Positions 23,422 to 34,421 of a stretch of 49,372 nt of DNA are shown one piece after another (positions within the stretch are counted from its first letter, which is position 1; each line of letters opens with the position of its first letter). Made by a program: the position numbers and the translations under genes. The notes beneath the pieces are model-generated. The model was given only the letters and a program-made list of their open reading frames with translations, ran no database searches and was not told where the DNA came from. The stretch comes from Chromera velia (lineage: Eukaryota): the NCBI GenBank assembly GCA_018398765.1, contig JAHBMJ010000378.1, positions 1-49,372 on the forward strand, in the 5' to 3' direction.

Positions 23422-24101
23422 AGAACCACTGGTCGGCTGCCTGCCGGAAGGCACGGAAGGAGAACAAAGGCAAAGGCAAGAAGAACGTCCGCTTCGCTGA
23501 CTTGGCGGATGATCATGAACATGAAGAGGCTGATGCCGCTGACTCGTACACCGAGTGGATCTGTATGACCGAAGGGGCTGACACGCAACCACATACAGCG
23601 CTGACATGCGACTCTGCCACACGAGCTGGCCAGAAGCTCTTGAAGGGATTGCACCTCACCGTCGACTCCGGGTGCACGAAAGGTCTCTTCCCTGAATCCT
23701 TCCGACGGTTCGTGGTGAAGTCCGTGAAGAACACGACATCGTTCAACACCGCAGAGACCCTCAGTGGCAAGAAGAAGGGCAAGCTGACCACTTACGAGGA
23801 CGTTGTTCTCACCATTCCTACCATGGACGCGACAGGCCGGTCCGTCTACACAGTGTGGGAAGGAGCAATGATCAAGGGTGGCGGATGCAGAGCTCTCATC
23901 CCTGCGCCTATTGGATACTGCAAGAACGCCGACCACTTTGTCACCCCTGTCAAGACCATTCCCGGTTTTTCCAAACCCTTGAGAGGCCCCATCATCAACG
24001 GACTCACCGTGTTCCCCAATGCATGTGGGTCCCCAACCGCAACGTTGATGCAGACAGAGCTCATCTCCGTGCTCTTCTACACCGACATGCTGAAGAGCTG
24101 A
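23422..24101 (+). pseudogene. pol: Copia pol: aspartic protease segment
   Basis: LHLTVDSGCT catalytic D(S/T)G motif; frame ends near 24090. Confidence 0.85.
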
Positions 24102-25065
24102 GTCAGCGACAGTCTTTTGTTATTGACTCTGCTCACGAGAACGAGGCAGACAACAACGACTCGAACACAGAGAATACGGACTCCAAGCAGACAAAGCAGG
24201 GTGCTTCTGAAGTCAACGCACAGAGAGAGGAGCCCGATCTCTCTCAGCACACCTTCTCCGAGATTCACAAGTTCCTTGGTCATCCTTCTGCTCGAGCCAT
24301 GTATCGCACCCTCAAGGAAAGGGGGTACGACATCGGCAAGGAGAGTGACTGTGAGGAGGCTGTGCGTGCGTGTCCAGTCTGTCTTGCAGTCAATGCGGTG
24401 AAGCGACAGATTGGGAGTCGAGACGACTCTGAGCAGAACAAGCATCCCTTCAACTACAAGATCTTTCAGGACTTGACGGAGATGTACGACAAAGGGATAG
24501 GTGGATTCGTCTACCTCTCTGTCATCGTTGACAGCAGCAAGCGCCTCAAGTCCCTCATGGCACTCACTACCAAGGATGCCGCCCTCGATCACCTCATTGC
24601 CTGGACTGCCAAGTGGGGGGCGCCCACTTATGTCTGCACAGACAACGGTGGGGAGTTTGTCAACCACGAGTACAAGAAGTTCTGTCGAGAACGAGGCATC
24701 ACACATCTGACTGGGCCCGCGTACACTCCGGCAGTTCAGGGCATCGTCGAGAGGGCCAACAGAGAGATCAAGAAGGTGATGAAAAAGTTGCTCGATCAGT
24801 ACAAGTTCCCTCATTCTGCCTGGCCCGCACTCCTTCCGGGTGTGTGCTATGCTCTGAACACCACTGTACATTCAGTGTTGGGTGAGTCACCGTTCAAAGC
24901 TGTCTATCGCCGTCCTCCCCCCATGCACTCACTTCTTGTTGGCATGCCCGTGCTTGCTTTTGATCCAAAGCCTCGAACGAAATCATTGTTTCCAAAGGGT
25001 GAAGTGGGCATTTTCGGGGGCAAGTGGAATGAGTCTTCCTGCTCTGTTCTTGTGAAAAAGAGAAA
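24090..25065 (+). pseudogene. pol: Copia pol: integrase segment
   Basis: HKFLGH...CPVC (HHCC) and DDE triad FQDLTE / TDNGGEF / GIVERANR in ORF 23855..25183. Confidence 0.93.
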
Positions 25066-27209
25066 ACAGATGGACAGCTTTGCGTCTGCATTCTCACTAC
25101 GTTCGTTCTGTTCACTCCTCTGCTGCCTCTCATCTGCTTCCACTGCCATCTGTCCCTGTGTCAACGGAGATTATCAGTGGTGATAGTCCACAGGAAGACG
25201 AGTCGCATGCACACAGAAACGGAGAACAGACATCCATTGAACTTCAGCCAGGTGTCGGTGTCTTTGCTTCTTTTGAGCGTGGAGGTCCCACTTTCCCTGC
25301 TATCCTTGTTCGAGTCATGCGTGCATCCGTTGATGTCTCTTTCTTGACAAAGCTTGATGGAATGAAAGGATGGAAGCAAGGAGAAATTGTTCGTCTGCCG
25401 AAAGGAAATATTTCTTCTTCTTTCCCTCTTGAGGACGGTGAGCCTCCTCTCCATCTACCCACCTCTGAGCCCTCCGCGGCTTCAGGGGGCGGGGAACTGA
25501 ATGTCTCTCCTTTTGAAGCCGCTCCATCTGCAGACAAACACATGGACGAGCCAGAGGCGGTCGATGGGGACTGGATCTTCCCTCCAAATCAGGAAAGGGA
25601 AGTGAAGATTGCTGACCTCTGCAAGCTTGTTGAGATGGCTGCCTCCGCTCGGGCAGTCAAAGTCCCGAAAGGTCACGTACCTGCGACCAAGGAGGAGATA
25701 GCAAAGGGTGATTTCGATGAGTCGATCCTCACTGAGATGCGCAAGTACAAAAAGAACCTTGCCATCTACGTCATGCAGAAGGGAGAGATGCCTCCTGACT
25801 TCGACAAGGCCATTCCGATGTGCTTTGTCCTAACGTGGAAGCTCAAGGGCAACCGCCAAGTTCCTAAAGCATGCCTCGTTGTCATGGGTCATCGAGACTC
25901 CACGGTGATCGAGACCTTCTCTGGCACTCCCGATCCGGGCCTCGTCAGAGCAGCCATCATCTACGCCCTTAGCAACTCCTTCGCGTGCGCTAAGTCTGAC
26001 GTGTCCACAGCTTTCTTACACGCCCCCATGGATGTGGGGAAGAAAGTCTACGTCAAGCTCCCCACCGAGATTCCCGCTGTCATGACTGAAGAGATTCCGG
26101 AGTACATGCCGGGGGCGATTGCAAGTGCCAACAACGCCCTCTACGGATTGAAGTGGAGTCCACGCGTCTACACCAAGTGGTTCAAGTCCAAGGCGAAGAA
26201 GTTTGGTTTCGAGGAGGCAAGCGAGTCTATCCTCATTCGCAGAGATCCTTCAGGAGAGATCGATGCCATTCTGATCATGTACGTCGATGATCTCTGGGCA
26301 TGGGGAAAGCATCCGATGGGCATTCTCTATGCCATCAGGAAGGAGGTAGACATGGACCCTCCCGAGCTGCTCAGTGATGGTGCTCCGCATACCTATGTCG
26401 GACAGACTGTCAGAATTATCAATGAGACGCTGATCATCGACCAGACTGATTACTTTCAAGCGCTGGAATGTCTGACGGAGCTGGGGGACAAAGGAAAGAG
26501 AGCTCTTCGCAGGTCTGATTTTTCCCCTCCCTCTCTCGATGAATCTGTCAATCCCTCGCTTGTCTCTCAGTATCAGTCATGGATGGGCAAGTTAGGATGG
26601 GTGTGTCGTACTCTGCCTGCCTACGCATTCGCATTCTCATTCCTTTCACGATTCAATACTAAACCGACTGACCGATTGATTGACACCCTTCGTCGTATGA
26701 TTGTACATGCACAGCTTCATGCGAAGCCTCTTGTCTTTGTCCGTCTGTTGTCGGTCCCTCTCCTTCGCATCTGGTCAGATGCATCTTTTTCTCTCAGAGA
26801 ATATTCTGCACAGATAGGATTTGAGATTCAGTTATTGGAGAAAGACGCTTCTCTGCCAAGCAAGGAAGAATGCAACACTGTTTTCTGGAAGTCACGTTCT
26901 CTGAAAGTGAAAGTTAGCTCAACAACTTCGGCTGAACTGATTGCTCTGCGCGATGCAGTGAAAGCTGCCTTTGAGTACTTTTATTTTGTAGAGAGGATGT
27001 GGAAAGCCAAGCCAATAGTTCAGTTCATTCTTGACTCTCAACCTCTGCTTGCACAGCTGGTCTCTGGTCGTGCCCGTTCTGATCCCAGTCAGCAAGGCAT
27101 GCTTGAGTTTGTGCTGCAATGCAAAAAGGAAATGAATGCAGAGTTCGTGCGTGTCCCGACAGACGAGATAAGAGCAGATAGAATGACGAAGTGTCTTCTG
27201 TCCGAGTGA
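25062..27209 (+). pseudogene. pol: Copia pol: reverse transcriptase + RNase H segment
   Basis: SDVSTAFLHA, ALYGLKWSPR, MYVDDL; RNase H WSDAS, SSTTSAELIAL, LDSQ, IRADRMTK in ORF 25080..27209. Confidence 0.95.
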
Positions 27210-27613
27210 GACTGTGAATTGAAAGAAGAATTAAAGAAGAAAGGGCAAGCTGACAGTGATTGAGCGTTCTTTGTTTGTGTGTTTCTTTCTCTTCATCTTC
27301 CTCTTTGCATGTCTTCATGATTCTGTTCTTTTTCTTTTCTTCTCTTCGTTTCACTTTTACTCCCATATGACAAGAAAGTGAATGAAAGCATTTCATGCAA
27401 TTTCATGCTTGTTGTTCGATTTTTTCTCGCAAGCTTCGTTTCCTTGTTTCTTGTTGTGATTAATCTGGTCCTTCGCCGAAGATTGAAAGCCTTTGGTCAT
27501 CCTTTGGTCGTTAATGCTTCAGTGAAGTAAGCCTGTCTTGCATGTGCATCCATTGTGTCTGTCTGTATTATGAATGTCAGTCAAGCATTACTCGTATCAT
27601 TGCAACGATACTC

Positions 27614-27624
27614 GGGGGGCGATC
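27614..27624 (+). promoter_or_regulatory. Short G-run polypurine tract
   Basis: GGGGGGCGATC immediately before the 3' LTR. Confidence 0.65.
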
Positions 27625-28094
27625 TGTTGAGCCGAGACTTCTTTTGCTGTGATGCTCTATAGGCCGTGTGCATGCTGTAGCGCCCTATTGGCCGTGCATG
27701 ATATCTGAACAGTTCCGCGCGTGGCCCCCGTCCATCTGTATCGGTGTGTATTCATGCGTTCGCGTATTTTCGGACATGCCGTAGCCTTGAGAATGTTCAT
27801 GCATCGTATCGCGCATGCGTGAAGCAACAGTGCAATAATGCCGTCTCATCGTATTCAATTTCCGTTCTCATTGTATGCAATACAGAATCGAATTTGTATA
27901 TTCGATTGAATCGATCGATCGACTGACAGAATCGATTCACAATTTGAGCACGCGCATCCAAATCAATTTAGCCAATCGATTTGATAGACTTGTATGACTT
28001 GCAAGTGTCTGTACGTTTGCATATATACTATTAGACCTTCTGAATCTCTTGCCAACAATTGATAGTCACTGCACAATAGTCTTTAGTTAACATA
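27625..28094 (+). repeat. Copia 3' LTR
   Basis: Direct repeat of 22057-22526, followed by TSD GTTAG. Confidence 0.95.
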
Positions 28095-28099
28095 GTTAG

Positions 28100-28645
28100 C
28101 GGTTCCCTCATTGCTTCTCATTCCCTCCCACCTCACTCATACCCTACCCATACCAGCCAACATGCTACACTGACTACCGTTTTTTCAGTCACGGCGGTTT
28201 GCAGCCAGGAAAAAACTTCCTCTTTTGAGTAGTGAGGGAGAAAACCCAGCTTTCCCTTCCCTTTTTCAGATCTTCCCACTCCCTATTAAAAATTTCCCTC
28301 ATTGAAAATTTCCCCCACTCCCTTGTCAGTGTCCCCCATTAAAAATTTCCTTCCCTATCGCATCTCTACTAATCTGACCAAAACAAGTCTTAGAGCCAGG
28401 GAAGGTTTGACAATCATTTACACCCTGGTCTTTTGATATACCAGTCTGCTTGACTGTCACATGCAGCCTAGTATGCAGCCGACCGAAAACTTCCGTTTCA
28501 GCACCCGGAAGAAACTGTTACAGTCGTCGAACTCTTGGCGCTGTCTGGGGTCCTCCCATTTCCCTTACCCCCCCCCCTTCTTCTTTTATCCCCTTCCCTC
28601 GCAGCGCCTCAGGGCAAAAACTCAAAGGAAACGGAGAAAAACCCC
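28100..28645 (-). repeat. Interspersed repeat copy B (interrupted by copia; remainder at 22003-22056)
   Basis: Shares blocks with 21113-21652, e.g. CCAGGAAAAAACTTCCTC, GAGCCAGGGAAGGTTTGACA, GGTCTTTTGATATACCAG, CTCGCAGCGCCTCAGGG. Confidence 0.75.
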
Positions 28646-28726
28646 GATTCAATACAAGTACTTTATCTTTTAATCCATCTGTTTCTCTTTTTTCCCTTCA
28701 AAGCACCAGGCTGAGCCAATGACAGA

Positions 28727-28728
<2 letters not shown>

Positions 28729-28805
<77 letters not shown>
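28729..28805 (+). repeat. (GA)n microsatellite
   Basis: Directly visible. Confidence 0.95.
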
Positions 28806-28809
<4 letters not shown>

Positions 28810-29039
28810 TGGATAGACATAGAGAAAGAAACCGAAACTCTAAGATGAACAGTAAGAAAAACGAAGAGAAACAGAGAGAGTCATAGCGATAAAAAGCAAG
28901 AAAAAAAGGAAAGAAGATGAGAAGAAAGAAAAAAGAAAAAAGGGAAACGGAAAGAAGGATCTTAGAAAGAAGATCAAGGGAATTCATCTCCTTCTTTTAC
29001 ATGATTGTTGCCTCTTTCTCTGAGACAGCGCATGAGAAA

Positions 29040-29143
29040 TGTGTGCATGTGCGTATGCTTATGTGTGTGTGTATGTATGTGTTTGTGTATGTGTTGTAGT
29101 GTGTGTGTGTATGTGTGTATGTGTGTGTGTGTGTGTATGTATA

Positions 29144-29182
<39 letters not shown>

Positions 29183-29195
29183 GTGTATGTGTGTA

Positions 29196-29236
<41 letters not shown>

Positions 29237-29275
29237 ATACGTGTGTGCGTTTGTATATGGGTGAGTGTGTATGTG
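29040..29275 (+). repeat. (GT)n/(GTAT) microsatellite
   Basis: Directly visible. Confidence 0.95.
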
Positions 29276-29859
29276 CGTGCATATGTACTATGCGTGTCTT
29301 TCCTTTTTTGTGGTTGGTTTATGTATTTACAGTAGGGACGTCAGAAGGATGGTAATTACGCAGTGTTGCGACCACCATGGGTGCGCTGTCAGTGGAGACG
29401 GGACGCTTCGCTGGGCGACTTGGACGTACAGAATAGTCAGAGAAACAGTTAGAATTTAGGAGCGTTGGAAGATGCAGGAGCGATTGTGGAACGGAATTGG
29501 AGTTTTTGCTGTACCCTTTTCCCTAACTACCATCTTCCACTCCCTCCCCCTCCTAATAATCCTAGCTAATGATCACTCCTCGCTACCGCTTCTTTTCCCT
29601 GCTCTGGGTTTTTTTCTTCCCTTCCGCCTTTCCAGCCTCCTTCACTCTTTTCTGTTTTTCTCTATTCGTTCTTTTTTATCGTTTTTCTCCCTCTTTCTGA
29701 TTTTTTCAGGATTCCTGTATGCGTACGGCATGTCTCTAAGTCTTCTGTCTCCTCTGTCTTTCTGTCTATACTTCCTTTCTGTTTGTCAGTATTCCCGTCT
29801 CCCTTCTTTCTCCCTCCTTCCCCTGCCTTTTCTCTCTCTCTTTTTTTTTTTTCTGTTTA

Positions 29860-29948
29860 TCTGTCTGTCTGTCTGTCTGTCTCTCTATCTGTCTGTGTGT
29901 TTGCTAGTCTGTTGGTCTGTTTGTCTGTCTGTGTGACTGTCTGACTGA

Positions 29949-29988
<40 letters not shown>

Positions 29989-30341
29989 TTGCTAGTCTAT
30001 CTGTCTGTCTGTCTATCTGTGTGACTGTCTGACTGACTGACTAGCTGTTTGTCTGTCTGTCTGTTTGCTAGTTTGTCGGTCGGTTGGTCTGTCTGACTGT
30101 CTGTCTGTTTGTCTATCTGTTTGCTAGTCTGTCTGTCTGTCTGTCTGTCTATCTGTGTGACTGTCTGACTGTCTGTTTGTCTGTCTGTCTGTCTGTTTGC
30201 TAGTCTATCAATCGGTCTGTCTATATGTCTATCTGTCTGCTAGTTTGTCGGTCTGTTTGTCTGTCTGTCTGACTGTCTGACTGTCTGTCTGTCTGTTTGT
30301 CTGTTTGCTAGTCTGTCGGTCTGTCTCTCTATCTGTGTGAC

Positions 30342-30383
<42 letters not shown>

Positions 30384-30585
30384 CTAGTCTGTCGGTCAGT
30401 TGGTCTATCTGTCTGACTGTCTGTTTGTCTGTTTGCTAGTCTGTCGGTCTGTCTGTCTGTCTGTCTGTGTGACTATCTGACTGTCTGTCTGTCTGTCTGT
30501 CTATCTGTTTGCTAGTCTGTCGGTCGGTCGGTTGGTCGGTCTGTCTGTCTGTCTACTAGCTAGTCTGTCTGTCTGTCTGTCTATC
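29860..30585 (+). repeat. Complex (GTCT)n satellite with recurring GCTAG interruptions
   Basis: About 720 bp of GTCT units with roughly 11 GCTAGT words. Confidence 0.9.
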
Positions 30586-31379
30586 TCTGTCCCTATCTCT
30601 TTCTCTCTCGCTCTCTCTCGTTCTCTTTCCCACTTTCCTCTCCCTCGTATCTTTTTCTATTCTTTTATGTAATCTTTTTTTTTCCTCTTTCTGCGTGCCT
30701 GTGTGCATGTATTTATCCTTTTCCAAATTGTCCTACTTGCCTTTCTGTCTATACTTTGTTTCCGTATGTTAGGCTCCTCGTCCGTCTCCTTTCTCCCTAG
30801 CGCTTCTCTCTCTCCCTCCCTCCCCCCCTCTTTCCCTCCGTTAGTTCCAGCCCATGTTCGATCTCCTCATCGTTGTCACTCATTGTCTGCATGATACAGA
30901 TATATTTTCATTCCCTTATCATTTTGCTTACCACTCTTTTTACCTTTGCTTCTGTGTGTTGCCATGTTCGGTGTCTCTTTCTGCTAATCTTCTCTCCTGG
31001 TTCCCTTTTTTCCCCCTTCATTTCTATCCTTCTTCCACTCTCTTTCTTTTCTTCCTTTCATACGCCTTCTCCCTCTCTATTATTCTCTCTCTTTCCCCCT
31101 CTCCCCAGCCTCTTTTTTCCTTCAAATGGTCTGTGTTTTCTTTCATCCGTCTTGAAGTTCAATGACCATCCTTATTTCTCCCTTCTGGGGTTCCCTACCA
31201 AGAGCAGGCTGAGAACCCCCCCTCAGACGGGGACGAAAAAGTTTGGTCAGTAGATCGACCATAGGGACAGGGACATGAGGAGATCAATTCTATAATGTGC
31301 ATACTTCCTTTCTTTCTTATTATGTTTATGTTTGATGAATATCCGGCCCCTCCCTCCCCCCTCAAACCCCATAACCCGT

Positions 31380-31900
31380 CATCATTCTTCCACTGTCACT
31401 TCAGTGCCGTCGCCTTATTGGCTGAGAGGTGGGGTCTCTTGGCTATGGTGCCCAGGACAAGAGAAGAGGTGAGATCTGTTCTTCCTCCCCCCTCTCCTGT
31501 ATGTGGCCCTCCTCTACACGGAGGTCGAGGATATAATTCTGTGGGAACTACCGGCTTTACCCCCATCCCTAAGGCTTACCCACTTCTAAAAAACTTTCCT
31601 CCAAACTGAGTACGGGGTTGGATTGCGAACAACTTATCCTCTCCTGCTCAGCCCTAACACCGAAGAAGAAGGCAAACGAAAAGCGCTCTCTCCTGGTCAG
31701 CCCCGACATTAGAAGGAAGATGGACCACATGTTGGCCTGCGAGGCGATGCCTCTCTCCTCAATCCCCACTCTTTCAACACACTTTTCTCAGACTAAACCA
31801 GACAGGATAAAATCTTGTCAAAAGAACAGCTTGCCAGTGATTCAGCTCGTCCACGAGTCCAAAAGAGACCTGACCTCCTCCTCTGGTCATGAAGGAGGAA
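31380..31900 (-). mobile_element. Possible decayed LINE RT relic
   Basis: Minus strand ERGIASQ...FSFAFFFGVRAEQ...SNPVLS weakly recalls the RT GVRQGxxLSP region; heavily eroded. Confidence 0.2.
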
Positions 31901-32673
31901 GAGAGGTTAGCTTCTGCCTTGTACCCATCCCTCCCCCCCTCTCTAGCCCCCTCCCTTCTCATCCCTTCCTCCCTTCCCTCTTCATCCAGACTAAGCGAAG
32001 ACAGAACAGAACCGTATCAAAGCAACAGCTCTGCTCATCTCTATTTTATGCTCGGTTTCCCTCAAACGGAGGCAGGTGCATCTTTGCTACTCCTAGATAT
32101 CCACTGCGAGTTGTTCCTTCCACAGAATCAACCTAGGAATCAACCTCTCCATATCATCTGCCGTCTCCTGCAGCAACACTTTCAACGGCGTCAGTCTCAA
32201 CGAAAGAGCGGTCATTTTCTACCGTTTTTGTCTCGATTTTTATATTTGGGAGTAAGCTTTCACATGTTCCTGGTTACAGAGTGCAGGAGGGTGTCAGTGA
32301 GGTGAACTGACCCGAGGTAATATTGAACAAAAACCGAGGCGCAGGGCCCCGGCACTGTGGCCCATGCATGCAAAGCGCGAAGCGGGGCCGCGGGGCATGC
32401 ACTCACCAAAATACGTCGCTGCCGCGATGCTGCCGCGTCAAATCGCGTCTCTATGCGTCTCTGCATTCAGACAATTCCATGCAGGCTGTCCTTTCAGAGA
32501 TCGAAAGCTTCCGTGAGACTGCATGGCAATCTTCAAGTAGGCCTCTCAAGGGCGACTTTCCCAAGAGGAGTAGCATGGAAACTGTGACTACTCACGCCCC
32601 TTGCAGGTGTCTAAATTCAGCCTGACCATCCCATGCCCTGCCTTTCTGAGTCCCTTCGAAAAAAGACAGCATC

Positions 32674-34421
32674 ATGCAGGTCTGCTCGTTTGCGGGGAGC
32701 GGCGACCCAACCTGGGGTGATGGCCAGGGAACACAGGCACACTTTCACCAACCGGTAGGCATTGCGGTGGATGGCAGTGGTAATTTCATCGTCGCAGATT
32801 GCAGCAACCACCGCATCCGCAAGATCAGCCCGGAAGGCAACGTCAGCACTCTTGCCGGGAGCAGCACTTCAGGTTGGCGCGACGGTGAAGGCACGCAGGC
32901 GCAGTTCTGCTATCCATATAGCGTGGCTGTGGATGGCAGCGGCAACGTGATCGTCGCAGATTTCGACAACAACCGCATCCGCAAGATCAGCCCGGAAGGC
33001 TACGTCAGCACTCTTGCCGGGAGCGGCACTTCAGGTTGGCGCGACGGTCAAGGCACGCAGGCGCAGTTCTGGTGTCCGGGTGGCGTGGCGGTGGATGGCA
33101 GCGGCAACGTTATCGTCGCAGACCAAAGAAACCACCGCATCCGCAAGATCAGCCCGGAAGGCTACGTCAGCACTCTTGCCGGGAGCGGTGGCGGAGGATT
33201 CCGCGACGGTCTCCGTCTCTTCCTCTCTATCCTTTACGTCCTATCTCCTTTTCTCTATCTCCTTTTCTTTGTCTCTTTCTCTCTATCTCTTCCTCGCTAT
33301 CCCTTCCAGGACCTTTCTATCTCTTCTTTTGTGTCTCCTTTTCTCTATCTCTTTCTCTCATGCCTTTCTCTCTATCTCTTACTTTTCCCTCCATCTCTCA
33401 TTTTCTCTCACACTGCGCAGTTCGGCTATCCGTTTGGCGTGGCGGTAGATGGCAGCGGCAATATTATCGTCGCAGACGAAGGAAACCACCGCATCCGCAA
33501 GATCAGGCCGGAAGGCAACGTCAGCACTCTTGCCGGGAGCCGCACTTCAGGATTCCGCGATGGTCAAGGCACACAAGCATCCTTCAGCGGTCCGCGTGGC
33601 GTGGCGGTGGATGGCAGCGGCAACGTGATCGTCGCAGATAGCGGCAACCACTGCGTCCGCAAGATCACCCGCACGGCGCTGTAACGGTCCTTGCAGGGAG
33701 CGGTAGCGTAGGATTCCGCGATGGTGAATGCACACGGGCGCAGTTCTGCTATCCACAGGGAGTTGCGGTGGATTGTGACGGCAACGTCGTCATCGCAGAC
33801 TCCAACAACCAACGCATCCGGAAAGTGGCTGCTGGCCTAACGCCCCTTTCTCCCGTGCACCTAGTGCGCGCTCAGTCCGTGCTTCCCTCTGTGTTCGCGA
33901 CCCACATGGAGGCGCTGCTGAACGACGAGACTCTCTCCGAAGTCACCTTCGTAGTGGGGGACGTTCGAATTCACGCGCTCCGTGCCGTCCTCATCAGCCG
34001 TTCGGAGTACTTCCGAGCGATGCTCACGTCCGGCTTTGACGAGGGCCAGGAGGCCGGCAGAGAGATCACGATCGGCAGCACGACCCCCGAAGCCTTCAAA
34101 GCCATCCTGCGGTACCTCTACACCGACGAGCTCCGGTTTCCGGATGAGCACCTGATGGAGGTGATGCACAAGGCCAAGGAGATCCAGTTAGAGCGTGTAT
34201 ACAAGCACGCGGTCGGTCGGGCCTCCCGTCTCCTCTCCGTGCACAACGTCGTCAACTGGCTCGTGAAGGCAGACGAGTACGGCATGGAGGAGCTGCGCAC
34301 TGCCGCCCTCACCTTCTTTACCCGCAACCTTCCCAGGATCAAGGCAGAGGCCAAACAGTCGTTGCAAGGGCTCTCAGAGAGGCCCCAGCTTATGGTTGAG
34401 TTGATTTCCAGTTTTGATTGA
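32674..34421 (+). pseudogene. NHL-repeat (six-blade beta-propeller) + BTB/POZ protein, frameshifted
   Basis: Six repeats of LAGSGxxGxRDGxGTQAQFxxPxGVAVDGSGNxIVADxxNHRIRKI. A 1-nt loss near 33667-33671 shifts the frame, which resumes HGAVTVLAGSG... and runs into a BTB domain (SEVTFVVG, HALRAVLISRSEYFRAML, EAFKAILRYLYTDEL) plus a BACK-like tail. Could be an intact CDS if the shift is a sequencing error. Confidence 0.85.

Larger units (their letters stand above)
22057..28094 (+). mobile_element. Full-length Ty1/copia LTR retrotransposon (frameshifted)
   Basis: Paired 470-bp LTRs, 5-bp TSD GTTAG (22052-22056 and 28095-28099), and gag-PR-IN-RT-RNaseH domain order diagnostic of copia. Confidence 0.97.

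Noticed and set aside
23401..23430. Programmed gag-pol frameshift or readthrough
   Set aside because: The break lies inside the CCHC knuckle and is explained by a 14-bp duplication-type insertion.
28670..31253. Hydrophobic or CV/HT-repeat ORFs
   Set aside because: Products of GA, GT, GTCT and CT-rich tracts.
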